Below the pieces are notes generated by a model. The model was not told the DNA's origin and did not search any database. It saw only the letters and a list, made by a program, of their open reading frames with translations. A program made the translations under genes and the position numbers. A stretch of 64,000 nt of DNA from Planctomycetota bacterium (GTDB lineage: Bacteria > Planctomycetota > UBA11346): NCBI GenBank assembly GCA_043775355.1, contig JAYVSL010000007.1, positions 4,586 through 68,585 of the forward strand, read 5' to 3'. Positions 1-9,865 of this stretch are shown here, piece after piece (the first letter of the stretch is position 1; each line of letters begins with the position of its first letter).

Positions 1-418
1 CAACATGAATGGCAATGATCAAGGCATCTTGCTCAAACATCGCACCGCGTTCACGCAATTCATCTGAAAGATTTGGCCCCTCAATGTATTCGAGCGCAAG
101 AAACGAACGCTCTTGATCAACCCCGTAACCAACAGCCCGAGCGATATTGGGATGATTGAGCCCTAACAACACATCAATTTCACGCTTAAATCGCCTGATG
201 AAATTTTCATCAAGCGCAAGTTTATCCGTGATCAACTTGATCGCCGCCAGCTCTCCGGAAGTGTTATGCTTGCCCAGATACACATCGCCCATCGCCCCAG
301 CGCCAATTTTTTTAACGATGCTAAAATCACCAAGCGTGCCAGTTAGTTCTTGGCTAACTGGTCTCAATTCCCCTTCAGGGAACTGGGACGACTTCATTGA
401 ATCATCTGCTTTAGCCAT
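1..418 (-). CDS. Ser/Thr protein kinase, N-terminal part (gene runs off the left edge)
   Basis: Absent from the ORF track because it is open at the window edge. My minus-strand translation from ATG (cat 416-418) reads MAKADDSMKSSQFPEGELRPVSQELTGTLGDFSIVKKIGAGAMGDVYLGKHNTSGELAAIKLI...RFKREIDVLLGLNHPNI. The Gly-rich loop GAGAMGDVY and AIK lysine match Hanks kinase subdomains I-II. Confidence 0.85.
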   Translation of the reverse strand, partial: MAKADDSMKSSQFPEGELRPVSQELTGTLGDFSIVKKIGAGAMGDVYLGKHNTSGELAAIKLITDKLALDENFIRRFKREIDVLLGLNHPNIARAVGYGVDQERSFLALEYIEGPNLSDELRERGAMFEQDALIIAIHV

Positions 419-649
419 AGCGTAAACGTCACCCAAGGCGGTTGTGGACAGCGAAATTTTGAAGTGGATCACCGTCAAACACGGTAATCTCATCACTCTA
501 CATCAAAAATGCGCTTTTTCGCGAGACAAAATACTACCTCTTTGGGAAATACTGTGCATGAGCGAAGCGCAAATCGGACGAACATTTATCCGGTCTCACG
601 GCCAAACTTTGCACCGTATTCCTAGCGTAGCCTCAATCACATTACCGTA

Positions 650-1837
650 TCACGGCTTTCCAACAGGATTGGCGACCGGAATCGCTTGAGGTGCAGGTGG
701 CTCAACGACCAGCGGAATTCCTGCGCCATAGCCTTCGTGAAAGCTACGACGCTGCTTTTCGCGTTCACGTCGTGTCTGTTGAGCCGCCGATTCTTGCGTA
801 GACATGCCAAAAACCAGGGTTTCTGGATGATCGGCAATCAAAGCCGCCGTCCGACTTAAATCGATCGCGGTATTATTCAGATCCTGTGCGAGTTGGCGGT
901 TGACCAGCAACTGGCCAGCAACGCCCTCGCCCGAAGTCAGTGCTTCAGCAATCCGCTGAATGCGCTGTGAAAGCGCGCGAGCCGCGACCAAGGTTTGGGT
1001 CAATTCTGGCCCAGCACTTTCCAGGACGGTGGTTGCCCGTGCAACTAGGCCATCAACCCGTTCGATGGCGCCGGCCCCTTTGGTTCCCAGGTCTTTCGCC
1101 TGCGTATCAACTGTGGTGACGAGGTTATCAACTCGGGTAAGAGTGCCATCAACGCGAGTCTGTAATTCGGCAACGGTAACCCGCAAATCATCACTGAGCG
1201 TCTTCACTGAGGTCAACGTTTCGCCCAGCATTTTATTATGCGCATCAAGGTTGTTGGCTAACCGTGTTCCAGATTCAGCAAGATCCGCCGCGCCATGAAT
1301 CAAGCGTTTAATATCGTTGCGTGTTTCACCGGCGAGCAAATCACTTACCCCAGCCAAAATGAGTTCAGCTTGTTGACCCGCTTTATCGAGAAACCCACGC
1401 GAAGCTTGCACTTCAGCGGTATTATCCATGGGCAATAACGGTGATTTCGGATCAGTCGCACCAGAAAATGCCATGAAGCTATCACCGAAAATGCCGCTGC
1501 TGGCGAGTGATAATTTCGCATCTTTGGGAATCGGATGACTCTGTCGCACACGTAATTTGACTTGAATATTGCCGCGCGGATCGCTCACCACCGAAAAGCT
1601 ATCCACCTCACCAATGCGCACACCATCAAGGGTGACCGGAGAACCCTGACGCAAACCCGCCGCATCAGCGACGTATGCGCGCACCACATAATAGCTGTCA
1701 AAGTGAATGCGGTCGGTCAGCAACACCAAGGCCACGATCGCGATAATACCGCCAACTATCAGCATGCCGACCTTGAGCTCTAGCTTACTTGCTGGTCGCA
1801 TGGGTCGGACCTTAGAACGTGAACCACTTTCGGGCAA
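650..1837 (-). CDS. MCE/MlaD-family protein (N-terminal TM helix, MCE domain, long helical C-terminus)
   Basis: 395-aa ORF. TM segment LKVGMLIVGGIIAIVALVLL is followed by the MCE core YYVVRAYVADAAGLRQGSPVTLDGVRIGEVDS. No mlaE/mlaF partner lies in the window. Confidence 0.8.
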   Translation of the reverse strand: MPESGSRSKVRPMRPASKLELKVGMLIVGGIIAIVALVLLTDRIHFDSYYVVRAYVADAAGLRQGSPVTLDGVRIGEVDSFSVVSDPRGNIQVKLRVRQSHPIPKDAKLSLASSGIFGDSFMAFSGATDPKSPLLPMDNTAEVQASRGFLDKAGQQAELILAGVSDLLAGETRNDIKRLIHGAADLAESGTRLANNLDAHNKMLGETLTSVKTLSDDLRVTVAELQTRVDGTLTRVDNLVTTVDTQAKDLGTKGAGAIERVDGLVARATTVLESAGPELTQTLVAARALSQRIQRIAEALTSGEGVAGQLLVNRQLAQDLNNTAIDLSRTAALIADHPETLVFGMSTQESAAQQTRREREKQRRSFHEGYGAGIPLVVEPPAPQAIPVANPVGKP

Positions 1838-1935
1838 GGGGTTACGCGCGACTCTTCAGCGCTCTGCGCCACCACACCTGGCAAAGACGTCCATTATCTT
1901 CATCTCTTCTTGACGTGATCTTCATCTGCCATCCG

Positions 1936-2583
1936 ATGCCGCCCATGCGATTTTCCACGTTTCTACGCTGGTTGCTTCCGAAGGAAGACCATTTCTACGA
2001 CTTTCTGGAGCAACAGGCGACTATTGCACATCACTCTTCGGTGGCGCTCAAACGACTGACCACCGGCGCTGCTACCGGAGAAGTCCGCGCAACGGTGCAG
2101 GATCTGGAACATCAGGGTGACGCGATTGTCCATCAGATGCTAGACGCACTGGGGCGCACCTTTGCTACGCCGATTGATCGCGAAGATCTCCAGAAGCTGT
2201 CCAAACGCCTTGATGACATCACTGACTTGGCCAATGCTACGGCCCGCGCCTGTGTGCTCTTCGGAGTCGCCAAGCCAACCCCGCCGATGTGCCTGCTGAT
2301 CGATAAGCTCGAAGGCTGTACGTCCATCATTGCGCGCTCGATACCATTGTTGCGTCGTCACGCTTACGAAGAACTGCACGTCAGCGCCAAAGAAATTGCT
2401 CAGCTGGAAAAAGACAGCGATGCGGTTTTCCGTGACGCGATCAGTAAGCTCTTTCATGATCCCGCCATTGATGCCAAAGATATCCTGCGCGAAAAAGAAG
2501 TCCTCGACGATCTCGAAAAAGCCGTCAATCGCTGTGAACAAGTCGCCGACGCCCTGACCTCGATCGCTGTGAAGCATGCTTGA
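1936..2583 (+). CDS. DUF47 / PhoU-like accessory protein of PiT phosphate transporters
   Basis: Part of ORF 1819..2583. The conserved portion begins at MPPMRFSTFLRWLLPKEDHFYDFLEQQ (ATG 1936 or 1945). It overlaps the downstream PiT gene by 8 nt, the classic DUF47-PiT pair. Confidence 0.8.
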   Translation: MPPMRFSTFLRWLLPKEDHFYDFLEQQATIAHHSSVALKRLTTGAATGEVRATVQDLEHQGDAIVHQMLDALGRTFATPIDREDLQKLSKRLDDITDLANATARACVLFGVAKPTPPMCLLIDKLEGCTSIIARSIPLLRRHAYEELHVSAKEIAQLEKDSDAVFRDAISKLFHDPAIDAKDILREKEVLDDLEKAVNRCEQVADALTSIAVKHA

Positions 2584-3718
2584 ACTGCTCATTCTGGTTG
2601 TCGTCGCGGCGCTCATCTTCGACTTCATCAATGGTTTTCACGACGCCGCGAATGCGATTGCGACGAGCGTTTCGACCGGGGTGATGTCGGTGCGCACGGC
2701 GGTGGTGGTGTCTGGTATCTTTAATTTCCTGGGCGCACTGCTTGGCACCGCCGTGGCGTCATTCATCGCCAAGGGCATTGCTGATCCTGCTAATGTTACC
2801 CAACTGGTGGTGCTCGCGGCGCTGATCGGCGCCAGCACATGGAATCTGATGACTTGGTGGTGGGGCATTCCCTCATCATCTTCGCATGCCTTGGTCGGTG
2901 GACTGTGCGGTGCCGTCGTTGCGTCGAAGGGATTCACCTTTGTCCACTGGAGCGGAGTGATGAGCAAAGTTGCCATTCCACTGGTTTTATCGCCTATTAT
3001 CGGCTTTCTGACCGCGTTTATACTCATGCTGCTTTCGCTGTGGTTGGTTCGTCATCTCCGGCCCCATACCGTCGCGGTCGGATCACGAACTCTGCAACTC
3101 ATCTCGGCCTGCACGTTGTCCGTTTCGCACGGCATGAACGATGCCCAAAAAGTGATGGGCGTCATTACCATGGCATTGATCGCGTTCATGGCTTCACATC
3201 AGGCTCAACCACTGGTCACCACCAATGCGACGGCCGAACAGAACACCGCGTATGTTCAATCGATCGCCGCTTCATCGCTACCAGCCATCCTGAAAGAACA
3301 TCATGAGCACGTGCTTCCTACTGCCCATCTCGACGGTAAGGGAAAATCTGTAACCGACGTGCCGCTGTGGGTCGTGATTTCGTGCGCTCTGGCCATGTGC
3401 CTTGGCACCATGGCGGGCGGCAAACGCATTATAAAAACCATGGGGACCAAAATTATTAAGATCTCTCCACTCCAGGGATTCGCCGCTCAAACCAGTGGCA
3501 CGGCTACCATTATCGCCGCGAGTCTGAGTGGCATTCCAGTGTCGACCACCCATTGCATTACCGCCAGTGTCATGGGAGCTGGCGTTAGCCGCGGTTTGGC
3601 AGCCGTTCGTTGGGGCATGGCCGTCAACATCCTGGTTGCCTGGGTATTGACCCTTCCCGCCAGTGCCGGTGTGGCCTGGGTTTCGTTAATGATCTTGGAA
3701 AGTATTTTCGGACGTTAA
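2576..3718 (+). CDS. pit: inorganic phosphate transporter, PiT (PHO4) family
   Basis: 380-aa polytopic membrane protein with PiT signatures GFHDAANAIATSV (N-half) and HGMNDAQK (C-half). Confidence 0.9.
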   Translation: MLELLILVVVAALIFDFINGFHDAANAIATSVSTGVMSVRTAVVVSGIFNFLGALLGTAVASFIAKGIADPANVTQLVVLAALIGASTWNLMTWWWGIPSSSSHALVGGLCGAVVASKGFTFVHWSGVMSKVAIPLVLSPIIGFLTAFILMLLSLWLVRHLRPHTVAVGSRTLQLISACTLSVSHGMNDAQKVMGVITMALIAFMASHQAQPLVTTNATAEQNTAYVQSIAASSLPAILKEHHEHVLPTAHLDGKGKSVTDVPLWVVISCALAMCLGTMAGGKRIIKTMGTKIIKISPLQGFAAQTSGTATIIAASLSGIPVSTTHCITASVMGAGVSRGLAAVRWGMAVNILVAWVLTLPASAGVAWVSLMILESIFGR

Positions 3719-3719
3719 C

Positions 3720-5927
3720 TCAAACGGGTGCGCGCAGAATAACGATCCCGAGCGGCGGCAGCGTCAGTCGCAGGGTCGCGGCGAAGATGCCGTGCTGTTC
3801 ATGACTGGTCTCAATAACAGGCTGATTGGTAACTCCACTGCCACCGAAACGCTGCTCATCTGAATCGAGCAACACCGTCCAGCCGCCACGTTTTGGTACT
3901 CCAAGTGCATAGCCATAGCGCGCCAATGGAGTGAAATTCAACGCGACCAAAATATCCGGTGCTCCTGGAGCTTTACGCATAAAGGCTAGCACGGATTCCT
4001 GACGATTTTCGCACTCCACCCACTGAAAACCATCACGGTGATCGTCGCGCACATGTAATGCCGGCTCACGGCTATATAACTTCAGTGCTTCGCCCAAGAA
4101 GACGCCCAGAGCCGCACGGCCGGGTTCTTTCGCTTCATCCCAATCGACGCTGCGCTGCCAACCCCACTCGCGTCCCTGAGCAAACTCAGCGCCTTGGAAC
4201 AACAATGGACGGCCAGGAATGGCCGCTTGGTAACCGTAGAGCAAACGCAATTGCGCTAGGCGTCGCCACCAGTCACCGCTCATCTTGTCGAGCAGAGATT
4301 TTTTCCCGTGCACCACTTCATCATGCGACAACGGCAAAACCCACTTGTCGTCGTAGGCGTACCACTGGTGGAACGTAATCCAGTCGTGACAGCCGGCGCG
4401 CATCAGCGGATCCTCCGCTAAATACCGCAGCGTATCGTGCATCCATCCCATGTTCCATTTGAGATCGAAGCCGAGCCCCTGCATTTCGGTCGGAGCAGTA
4501 ACCCCCTGCCACGCGGTGCTCTCTTCTGCAATCATCAGCACTCCAGCATGTTCCCGATGAACGGTGCTGGTCAGTTCCTGCAAAAAGCTAACCGCTTCAA
4601 GATTGGCGATGCCGCCTTGTTCATTCGCAACCCATTCGCCTTCTTCGCGATCGTAATTGCGGTACAGCATCGACGATACCGCATCAACGCGCAACGCATC
4701 AATGTGAAAGCGACGAATCCAATGCAGCGCAGCAGCGATCAGAAAATTGCGCACTTCCGGTCGACGAAAATTGAAGACATGCGTTCCCCAGGTGCGGTGT
4801 TCGCCTTCGCGCGGATCTTCGTACTCAAAACAAGTACTGCCATCAAAGCGAGCGAGGGCGAAATCGTCTTTCGGAAAATGTCCTGGGACAAAATCGATAA
4901 TCACGCCGATACCGGCGTCGTGACAACGATCGACGAAAATACGAAAATCATCCGGTGAACCGTGACGGCTGTTCGGCGCGTATTGGCCAGTGACCTGATA
5001 GCCCCATGAACCTTCGTAAGGATGTTGCGCTACTGGCAGAAGTTCGAGATGAGTAAAGCCAAACTGTTTACAGTGCGCGATCAGTTGATCAGCCAACACT
5101 CGGTAATTTGGCCAGGTATCGCCAGGTTCAGGACCACGCTGCCAGCTACCAAGATGGCATTCGTAAATTGCCATCGGCCGTTCAAGATGCGGCCTGATGC
5201 GGCGATCAGCCAGCCAGCTCGCATCATTCCAACGATAGGCATCCGTTGGCGCGACAACGCTCGCCGTCGCCGGAGGTAATTCCGCCGTCGCGGCAAAAGG
5301 ATCTGCTTTTACCCGCAATTCTCCGCTCTTCGTTCTGATTTCAAACTTGTAACGTGCTCCTGCACCGACGCCGGGAATAAATAATTCCCACACTCCAACC
5401 GACGAACGTGGACGCATCGGATGCCAACGACCATCAAATGCATTCCAATCACCAACAACTGAAACACGTTCAGCATTCGGAGCCCACACGGCAAAGCGTA
5501 CGCCACTGACGCCATCAATAGTGATGAGGTGAGCACCCAACATATCGCCAAGATGCAGATGACGACCAGCCTGGAACAGGCCAAGATCAAACTCCGCTAA
5601 CTGCGGCCCGTAAGAATAAGCGTCATGCACCAGCTCGCTCTTTGTTTCGTCCTGCTGTTTTCCCTCGCCCTGCCGTTGAACCTGCAAGGTGTAAGCGAAC
5701 GGTTCGCTGCGCCCAGGAATGCGGCCTTCGAACAAACCATCAGTCGCCATGCGGGTGAGGACGACTGGCTTGCTGCCATCTACGGGAACGAGCGTGACTT
5801 TTTCTGCCTGGCGAAGCCAGATCCGCGCCCACAACGCATCACCTTCACGATGCAATCCTAACAACGAAAACGGATCACGAATTCGCGCGTCGAGCAATGC
5901 GGCAATCGTGTCAGGGTTCAGCGGCAT
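3720..5927 (-). CDS. glgB: 1,4-alpha-glucan branching enzyme
   Basis: GH13 motifs are present: DFVPGHF, ALRVDAV, IAEESTAW, LSHDEV. I place the start at MPLNPDTIAALLDARIRDPFSLLG (cat 5925-5927) because the longer ORF (to 6017) would overlap mreB. Confidence 0.9.
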   Translation of the reverse strand: MPLNPDTIAALLDARIRDPFSLLGLHREGDALWARIWLRQAEKVTLVPVDGSKPVVLTRMATDGLFEGRIPGRSEPFAYTLQVQRQGEGKQQDETKSELVHDAYSYGPQLAEFDLGLFQAGRHLHLGDMLGAHLITIDGVSGVRFAVWAPNAERVSVVGDWNAFDGRWHPMRPRSSVGVWELFIPGVGAGARYKFEIRTKSGELRVKADPFAATAELPPATASVVAPTDAYRWNDASWLADRRIRPHLERPMAIYECHLGSWQRGPEPGDTWPNYRVLADQLIAHCKQFGFTHLELLPVAQHPYEGSWGYQVTGQYAPNSRHGSPDDFRIFVDRCHDAGIGVIIDFVPGHFPKDDFALARFDGSTCFEYEDPREGEHRTWGTHVFNFRRPEVRNFLIAAALHWIRRFHIDALRVDAVSSMLYRNYDREEGEWVANEQGGIANLEAVSFLQELTSTVHREHAGVLMIAEESTAWQGVTAPTEMQGLGFDLKWNMGWMHDTLRYLAEDPLMRAGCHDWITFHQWYAYDDKWVLPLSHDEVVHGKKSLLDKMSGDWWRRLAQLRLLYGYQAAIPGRPLLFQGAEFAQGREWGWQRSVDWDEAKEPGRAALGVFLGEALKLYSREPALHVRDDHRDGFQWVECENRQESVLAFMRKAPGAPDILVALNFTPLARYGYALGVPKRGGWTVLLDSDEQRFGGSGVTNQPVIETSHEQHGIFAATLRLTLPPLGIVILRAPV

Positions 5928-5940
5928 GGTGCGGCCGACC

Positions 5941-6993
5941 TTAGTGGTCGGTGCCCAACTCCAAGATTTGCTGAACCGCATCCAGGTCGTCCAACAACGC
6001 CGCACAACCACGCGCAACCGAAGTCATGGGATCTTGCGCCATACGCACGGGCAGACCGGTTTCACGCGACAAGAGTTCTGGCAGGCCCTTCAGTAATGCG
6101 GTGCCACCGGCCAAACAAATGCCACGCTCCATTAAATCTGCTGCTAATTCGGGTTGAGTACGTTCTAGCACCATTTTCACCGAGTTCACAATCGCCATGA
6201 GCTGCGGCTTCAGCGCTTCGTAAATTTCATTGGCGGTAATTTCAATCGCCCGTGGCATGCCCGTGCGCATGTCACGTCCACGAATCGACATGCGAATTTC
6301 TTCAGCCGGTGCCAAAGCGCAGCCAATCTGATGCTTTACGGATTCGGCGGTGTTTTCACCGACCACCACATTATATTCGGTCTTAATATATTTCACGATG
6401 CTCATCGATAATTCGTCACCCGCCACGCGCACCGATTCTGATGCGACGATGCCCGCCAACGAAATGACGGCGACTTCGGTCGTACCGGCGCCGATATCGA
6501 CAATCATCGAGCCGATGGGATCAGCAAACGGCAGGCCCGCGCCGATGGCAGAAGCCATTGGTTTAGGAATGAGAAATACTTTTCGCGCACCAGCGCTCAT
6601 CGCACTGTTCGTCACCGCGCGTTTTTCCACTTCGTTGATGCCTGATGGCACCGCGATCACCACCCGTGGACGGAATGGGCCGCGCCGACCATGCGTGCGA
6701 CGAATAAAATAACGCAACATCGCTTCGGTAATTTCGAAATCAGCAATGACTCCGTCCTTCATCGGGCGAACCACTTCGATGTGCCCAGGATTCTTTCCGA
6801 GCATAATTTTAGCTTGTTCACCAACGGCATCGCCGTCCGACATCACCTGCTTGGTACCTTTTTTGACCGCGACAACGCTGGGTTCCGAAAGTACCACTCC
6901 CCGACCTTGGACCGCCACCAACGTGTTGGCAGTGCCGAGATCGATTCCCAGATCGAGACTGAACATACCGATGAAACGATCGACCCAGCTCAT
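5941..6993 (-). CDS. mreB: rod-shape-determining actin homologue MreB
   Basis: 350 aa. Sequence LGIDLGTANTLV...VIAVPSGINEVEKRA...DIGAGTTEVAVISL...CLAGGTALLKGL is typical MreB. Confidence 0.95.
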   Translation of the reverse strand: MSWVDRFIGMFSLDLGIDLGTANTLVAVQGRGVVLSEPSVVAVKKGTKQVMSDGDAVGEQAKIMLGKNPGHIEVVRPMKDGVIADFEITEAMLRYFIRRTHGRRGPFRPRVVIAVPSGINEVEKRAVTNSAMSAGARKVFLIPKPMASAIGAGLPFADPIGSMIVDIGAGTTEVAVISLAGIVASESVRVAGDELSMSIVKYIKTEYNVVVGENTAESVKHQIGCALAPAEEIRMSIRGRDMRTGMPRAIEITANEIYEALKPQLMAIVNSVKMVLERTQPELAADLMERGICLAGGTALLKGLPELLSRETGLPVRMAQDPMTSVARGCAALLDDLDAVQQILELGTDH

Positions 6994-7168
6994 GTAGGCG
7001 AGGACCGTAGAGCCAAGACCTCAAGGCGCAACCAGGGGACCATTTGAGGGTTAGTAGGTTTGCTTGCCGTCGACCGATCACCGATGATCCGTTGTACAAG
7101 CTTAGCGAGGCGTTTGTCCTGAGCGTACTTGTTTGAGGTATTGATCACCGTCACCACCCATCGCACGG

Positions 7169-7936
7169 ATGCTGGGGTTTGGGCAAGGCCCCATTATGGC
7201 TACTGTTAGCATCCGTCGAATCCGCGTCGAACGTCACTCGCGCTACCTGCGTTTGTGTCTGAGCCGACCAGATCGTTATAATGCGATCGATGTCGCAACG
7301 CTCCGCGGACTGGCCAGCTTACTTGATGAAGCTCGTCATGATTCCGTACCGCTTATTATCAGTGGTGACGCCAACCTGTTTTCGGTCGGCGCAGACATTA
7401 ACGAATTATCCACCCTGACCGCCCAACAAGCAGTCACTTATAGTCAACTCGGCCATCAAGTGATTGAAGCGCTTGAAGCTTGGCCTGGAGTGACCATCGC
7501 GCACTTGTCTGGGTACGCGTTAGGGGCCGGACTCGAATTGGCGCTTGGCTGCGATATTATCACGGCGAATTCTGATATCCGTATCGGGCTTCCAGGCTTA
7601 GCCTGGGCTCTCGTGCCATGCATGGGCGGACTTCGCCGTATGGCTTGCCGAGTCGGTGAACGTTTTTCTTCAGAACTTTTCCTGCAAGGCGCCATGTTGG
7701 GCTCAGAGCAATCACTACGCGAGCATCTTATTGATCGCATCATCAATGACGAACAACACGTGGTTACGCTGGCCCGCGAAATGAGCGAATACAGCCCTGC
7801 TGCGGTGCGCGCGATTCGTTCACTACGTTTAGGGCGACAAGGCCATATCGACGCTGGTACCGGATCCCGTATGTTCTCGCTACCCTTCGCCAGCGGCGAA
7901 TGTCAGCGACGGTTGAAGGCGTTGCTTACGACCTAA
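7169..7936 (+). CDS. enoyl-CoA hydratase/isomerase (crotonase) family protein
   Basis: 255 aa with crotonase-fold pattern RPDRYNAIDV...FSVGADINEL...GYALGAGLELALGCD. The start may instead be ATG 7196. Confidence 0.75.
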   Translation: MLGFGQGPIMATVSIRRIRVERHSRYLRLCLSRPDRYNAIDVATLRGLASLLDEARHDSVPLIISGDANLFSVGADINELSTLTAQQAVTYSQLGHQVIEALEAWPGVTIAHLSGYALGAGLELALGCDIITANSDIRIGLPGLAWALVPCMGGLRRMACRVGERFSSELFLQGAMLGSEQSLREHLIDRIINDEQHVVTLAREMSEYSPAAVRAIRSLRLGRQGHIDAGTGSRMFSLPFASGECQRRLKALLTT

Positions 7937-7974
7937 TGCGAGCGACGTCGTCATCATCTCCACCATCTTGAAAA

Positions 7975-8017
7975 ACACAAAAAAAGCACCCCATCCAAAA
8001 TGGATGGGGTGCTTTTG
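7975..8017. terminator. bidirectional rho-independent terminator between the crotonase gene (+) and rplT (-)
   Basis: Stem gcaccccatcc (7986-7996) pairs with ggatggggtgc (8002-8012). It is flanked by an A-run on the left and tttt on the right. Confidence 0.7.
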
Positions 8018-8060
8018 ACATTTTATTTTACCTGCTGTGCGCAGATAAAACACGTTTACA

Positions 8061-8441
8061 TTAAATCAATTTTCCCGCAGCAACGAGAGCAGCCTTAGCC
8101 TGCTTCACCACATCGGCAAATGCCGTTGGCTGGTGAATAGCGAGTTCGCTCAGTTGCTTACGATCGAGGCGAATATCAGCGAGCTGTAAGCCAGCGATCA
8201 AACGACTGTACGGAATGCCCGCTTCGCCCATACCACGGCACGAAATGCTGATACGGCGGATCCACAAAGCGCGGAACTCACGCTTCTTTTCCTTACGATT
8301 GCGGAAGCCCATCTGCTCTGCACGCATGACGGCTTCGCAAGCGACGGTGTACATCTTGCGACGACCGCTGTAGTAGCCCTTGGCTTTCTTCAGCAGTCGC
8401 AGTTTAGAACGATGACGGGCGGCTCCATTAGTTGCGCGCAT
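8061..8441 (-). CDS. rplT: 50S ribosomal protein L20
   Basis: MRATNGAARHRSKLRLLKKAKGYYSGRRKMYTVA...ALWIRRISI is typical L20. Confidence 0.95.
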   Translation of the reverse strand: MRATNGAARHRSKLRLLKKAKGYYSGRRKMYTVACEAVMRAEQMGFRNRKEKKREFRALWIRRISISCRGMGEAGIPYSRLIAGLQLADIRLDRKQLSELAIHQPTAFADVVKQAKAALVAAGKLI

Positions 8442-8612
8442 GGGATATACCTTTCATGACAGCCCGGCGCCGATGTGGCTGGCGGGGAGGCGTTTTATGC
8501 CTACTTGGGTTGATTCAGAAATCGCTGACGAAGCCGAAGCTTCGCCAACGCTGAGGGAACTGATCTCGCCATATCTGATAAATCAGGGCTCGATCAGTTG
8601 AGGGTTGATTGC

Positions 8613-8819
8613 TTAAGGTTGACCCATGAGCAAGGCGTAACGCGCACGGCGGGTATAGCCTGGGGTCGTGGTCGTCGCTTTCTTTGACAAGTTGCGGCGA
8701 CGCTTTGGGCTGCGGTTGGTCAGCAAGTGACGAACTCCGCACTGCGTACGCAAGATCTTGCCCGTTGGCGTGATACGAAAACGGCGCTTCGACGCTTTGT
8801 GGCTCTTCATCTTGGGCAT
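8613..8819 (-). CDS. rpmI: 50S ribosomal protein L35
   Basis: MPKMKSHKASKRRFRITPTGKILR...HLLTNRSPKRRR is typical L35. It lies upstream of rplT on the same strand. Confidence 0.9.
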   Translation of the reverse strand: MPKMKSHKASKRRFRITPTGKILRTQCGVRHLLTNRSPKRRRNLSKKATTTTPGYTRRARYALLMGQP

Positions 8820-8968
8820 GACATCATCCTTGGCACAGTTGGCCGCTAGCAGGGAGCGCGGAAGATAGTGGCGCGGTTAGACTTGCAAGGGTTGGCCTGG
8901 GCAAAGTTGCGGTCGTCGACATATCACGACGCAGCAAACTGTGCTCAACGTAGCGATAAATGGCGAGA

Positions 8969-9757
8969 TCAACGACCCACGAGCAGTCGGTCGCCTAAAT
9001 GCTGACCAAGCTGCGGGATGTCGAGAATCATCTTCCGGGTCTTTTCAATATCGTAGGCGACTCGGCGCCATTCCACTGATTCACCGTCAAAAATCACATA
9101 ACATGAACGCGGATCACCATCGCGCGGCTGACCAACGCTGCCAACGTTGATGATGGTTTTGCGTGGATCCATGGTCCAGCGATAGTCCAAACCTTTGATA
9201 CCGTGCCACACCATGTCGTTGCCGGTCACGACTCCAGGGCGATGGGTATGACCAATAAAGCAGGTGTGTTGAACCAGCGCGAAGTTCTCATCAAGCAGTT
9301 GCTTGGGGTCTTCGCCTAAAAAAGTGCGACCAAGGGTGTGTTCTTCCAGGATGTATTCTTCGAGGTGATTCCGCGGACTAGCGTGCACGTAAAGAACATC
9401 GCCTTCGGAAAAACTGGTCGGCAGATCGCGCAGCCATTTGTAGCGTTTTCGTTTGCCGAACCATGAAAACATGCTGGAACGAATTTTTTGATTGGTCCAC
9501 AATGCCGCAGCGCGGGCCTCAGCGTTAAAGCCGATTGGCTCGTGAATTGCCGCGTGATCATGATTTCCGGCGATGACTTTGCCTTCTTCGCACACGTCAA
9601 GAATGGTGCGCATGGCATCGACGGGTTCGGGACCATAGCCGACTACGTCGCCAAGGCAGTAAATCGCATCCACACGCTGTTGATCGATGTCCGCCAACAC
9701 ATTGTTGAGGGCGGGCATGTTACTGTGAATGTCGCTGATGATGGCAATTCGCCGCAT
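8969..9757 (-). CDS. metallophosphoesterase (calcineurin-like)
   Basis: Motifs IISDIHSN, GDVVGYGPEP, GNHD and GHTH are present. I take the start at MRRIAIISD (cat 9755-9757). Confidence 0.8.
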   Translation of the reverse strand: MRRIAIISDIHSNMPALNNVLADIDQQRVDAIYCLGDVVGYGPEPVDAMRTILDVCEEGKVIAGNHDHAAIHEPIGFNAEARAAALWTNQKIRSSMFSWFGKRKRYKWLRDLPTSFSEGDVLYVHASPRNHLEEYILEEHTLGRTFLGEDPKQLLDENFALVQHTCFIGHTHRPGVVTGNDMVWHGIKGLDYRWTMDPRKTIINVGSVGQPRDGDPRSCYVIFDGESVEWRRVAYDIEKTRKMILDIPQLGQHLGDRLLVGR

Positions 9758-9865
9758 GCTGGTTGAACTTATACAAGGCCTGTCCACTAAGCACCATAGC
9801 AAATCCAGCGAGCGGTTTCCGCTGATTGGTGACACTCCTGTTCTTGGTCTGCGAGCGCTTGCAGA

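Noticed and set aside
5928-6017. The long N-terminal extension of glgB (track start 6017).
   Set aside because: It would overlap the 3' end of mreB by 77 nt. The conserved GlgB N-terminus begins at MPLNPDTIAALL (5927), 13 nt after the mreB stop.
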